This document shows positions 62,091 through 64,000 of a DNA stretch of 64,000 nucleotides, in pieces. The stretch is from Parasitella parasitica NRRL 2501 (lineage: Eukaryota; Fungi; Mucoromycota): positions 113,627-177,626 of the forward strand of contig MU619246.1 in NCBI GenBank assembly GCA_025201805.1. The letters run 5' to 3'. Every line of letters begins with the position of its first letter. Position 1 is the first letter of the stretch. The position numbers and the translations under genes are program-made. Under the pieces are notes generated by a model. It saw nothing but the letters and a program-made list of their open reading frames with translations. It made no database searches and had not been told where the DNA came from.

Positions 62091-63800
62091 TCAATTTTCA
62101 ATTTTCCTTGTGTGGTAAAAAAAAAAGGAGCGAATGCCCTCAACAGTCGAAAACCGCTTGCACAGATCTTCTTCTTGTGCGTATTGCAAACAATGATTCC
62201 AGTTCATCTTCCCAATGTTAATTTTGCGGTTATTGGTAATAAATTCGAAATCATCTTGCATATTGGAATCTTCTGATGTTATTTTTTTAAGACTGCAGCT
62301 TGGTAGAGGTTCTAAAGACGAAACAGTGTCCTCTAAGGTCACGTACTTTCTTTTAGCCGACCGATTAAACTCCAATGCACAAGATTCGTTTTAAAGGTGC
62401 CAGGAATATTTGTGAGGGAATCTTCTACTTGCGCAGTAATCTTTCATTGCTGGAACAAATCACATCAACAATATTCAAGAAATCTTGCTCTTTTTCACCC
62501 TCTACTTTAATGGACTCCTTAGCAAGGCGCAACAGCATCTGGATGGTGGGATGATGAGGATGGGAATGACCGTATAAGGTTGGTGATTGTTCAAGAAGAA
62601 AACTTGATAATGCCTATAAGGGTGAAATGCTGACATCAGGTTCTTCAATTGTGAAAGTTGATTTTGACGTAAGGTAACACGACTTTGCCCTAAAGTCACA
62701 GCAAGTAATAGATTTCATCCATGGCTTCTTATTGACAGTGCGGTAAATTTGAGAGATTTACGAAATAAAAAAAAAAATATAAAAATAAAAGCGATATGAA
62801 ATTACAATTATAATCAAGTTTGGGGTTCTTTATTATAAAAGTATACTCAGGTTTTATCTATAGAAAAACATTTTAGTATTTATAGGATTTGAATTGTTGT
62901 ATATCAGTTCTCATGGATGAAGCATTGATCCGAGAGTCAATGCGTTAATTTGTCGTTGTTTAATTTTAGGTTTTCAGGGGAAGCAAATTATGCTGAATGC
63001 TTTCATCATTGATGGAGATTTGCGTAACATTAGTTGGCCGTGTTAGGATGGCTATCGTCATACTTTAGTTATTGTGTTAAAGATATCCTTATCTAGAATG
63101 ATGGGGAAAAACTCATTGAATGACGAGCTGCCATAATTGATATCTTTGTCATTATTATTCTTATTCTGAATGTTTTTTGTGTAAGAGAAGGTACTTTGAT
63201 CAGGAGTATTTTCCTTCACGCGACATTCATTGATAAGGTCTTAAATTGTATTTGTAATTCGATTTGATTTAAATGACTTTATATGTTATGCGAACTCGAG
63301 TGGTATGAATTGACTATGCGTGACATTTGAGTCTTATTTTTTCAGTTATGCGCTTTTAATTATACCATTCCATTGTAGACAGGTTTAAACTTTGTAATCA
63401 AAAAGTTGAGGGAGACAACTTATCAGTGCAAAATACCAAAACCAACGGATACGTTTTATAAAGTTGTTGGACAGTTGACAGTATTGGAACAATCTTTGCA
63501 TGAAAGCTTCATTAACTATCAGCTGTGCCTCTATTAAAATTGGAGGGAGTGACTTTTGGATACCAAGGTGAGGAATATACAAGACATCGCTACAGGGTCC
63601 ATTTTGCCATTCAGGGCTTACAGTCGTGTACGTTCCTTTTGCAACGCCCAGTAGATCGGATGCGATAAGGTCAACCACATTTGTTGATTTCAGAATCATT
63701 TCACTAATTCGATCCTTTCTAGGCAATTGGTCCTTTTGTAACTTAAAAATAAGAAGGTCGCTGTGCACTTTGGAATAAGCACAAACGATAAGAAGTTATA
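62091..63800 (-). pseudogene. Fragmented PD-(D/E)XK-like nuclease family gene, split by ~640 bp of unrelated AT-rich DNA
   Basis: WQNGPCSDVLYIP...LPPILIEAQ.IVNEAFMQRL.QYC (63385-63768). Downstream fragments TLYGHSHPHHPTIQMLLRLAKE and KMNWNHCLQY; frameshifts present. Confidence 0.5.
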
Positions 63801-64000
63801 ATTAGAGTATAGATAATATGTAAATATTCAATGCTGAATATCACTTACATTCGTTTTCATTTTGAGATTGTTCTTCAGGTACTGACATGGTGAAAGAACT
63901 GTTTGAAAAAGAAAAAGAAAAAAACCAAAATCTGAATGTGCTCTATACCCAGGAAATGAAATACGTCGTAGTCGTCAACCATTGAAGCTTGGAAAGAGGA

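Noticed and set aside
1-64000. tRNA, rRNA or CRISPR arrays
   Set aside because: None recognised by eye; tRNAscan-SE/Infernal would be needed to exclude small RNAs

Overview
Gene-dense, AT-rich eukaryotic DNA with many short (~50-70 nt) GT-AG introns. Gene content and intron style suggest an early-diverging fungus, probably Mucorales (inference). About 24 protein-coding genes can be reconstructed by hand: velvet factor (partial), Gid11-like WD40, Cdt2/DTL, two MFS transporters, Iml2/TTC39, Tma16, PlsC-type acyltransferase, Rtt106, Met8/CysG-N-like, Bre1, CCCH proteins, nuclear uS3m (rps3), GDP-fucose transporter, Top3, Erv1-like, Rps10, 4CL-like ligase, PacC/Rim101 and Hub1/UBL5. Intergenic space holds decayed mobile DNA: Fanzor/TnpB, Helitron, non-LTR RT, a PD-(D/E)XK-like gene and a ~750-bp dispersed repeat in two copies. 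Most notable: (1) a spliced gene missed by the ORF track that fuses an RS (Arg/Ser) domain to Hub1/UBL5; (2) an 839-bp TG..CA solo LTR with a 5-bp TSD inside the TOP3 coding sequence, cutting off the GRF zinc fingers; (3) a Fanzor relic with a possible omegaRNA-like 3' flank; (4) a nuclear, intronless mitochondrial rps3; (5) apparently catalytically altered Erv1 and Met8 homologs. Exon boundaries were read manually and family calls come from remembered motifs, not searches. Long homopolymer runs mean assembly errors are possible.
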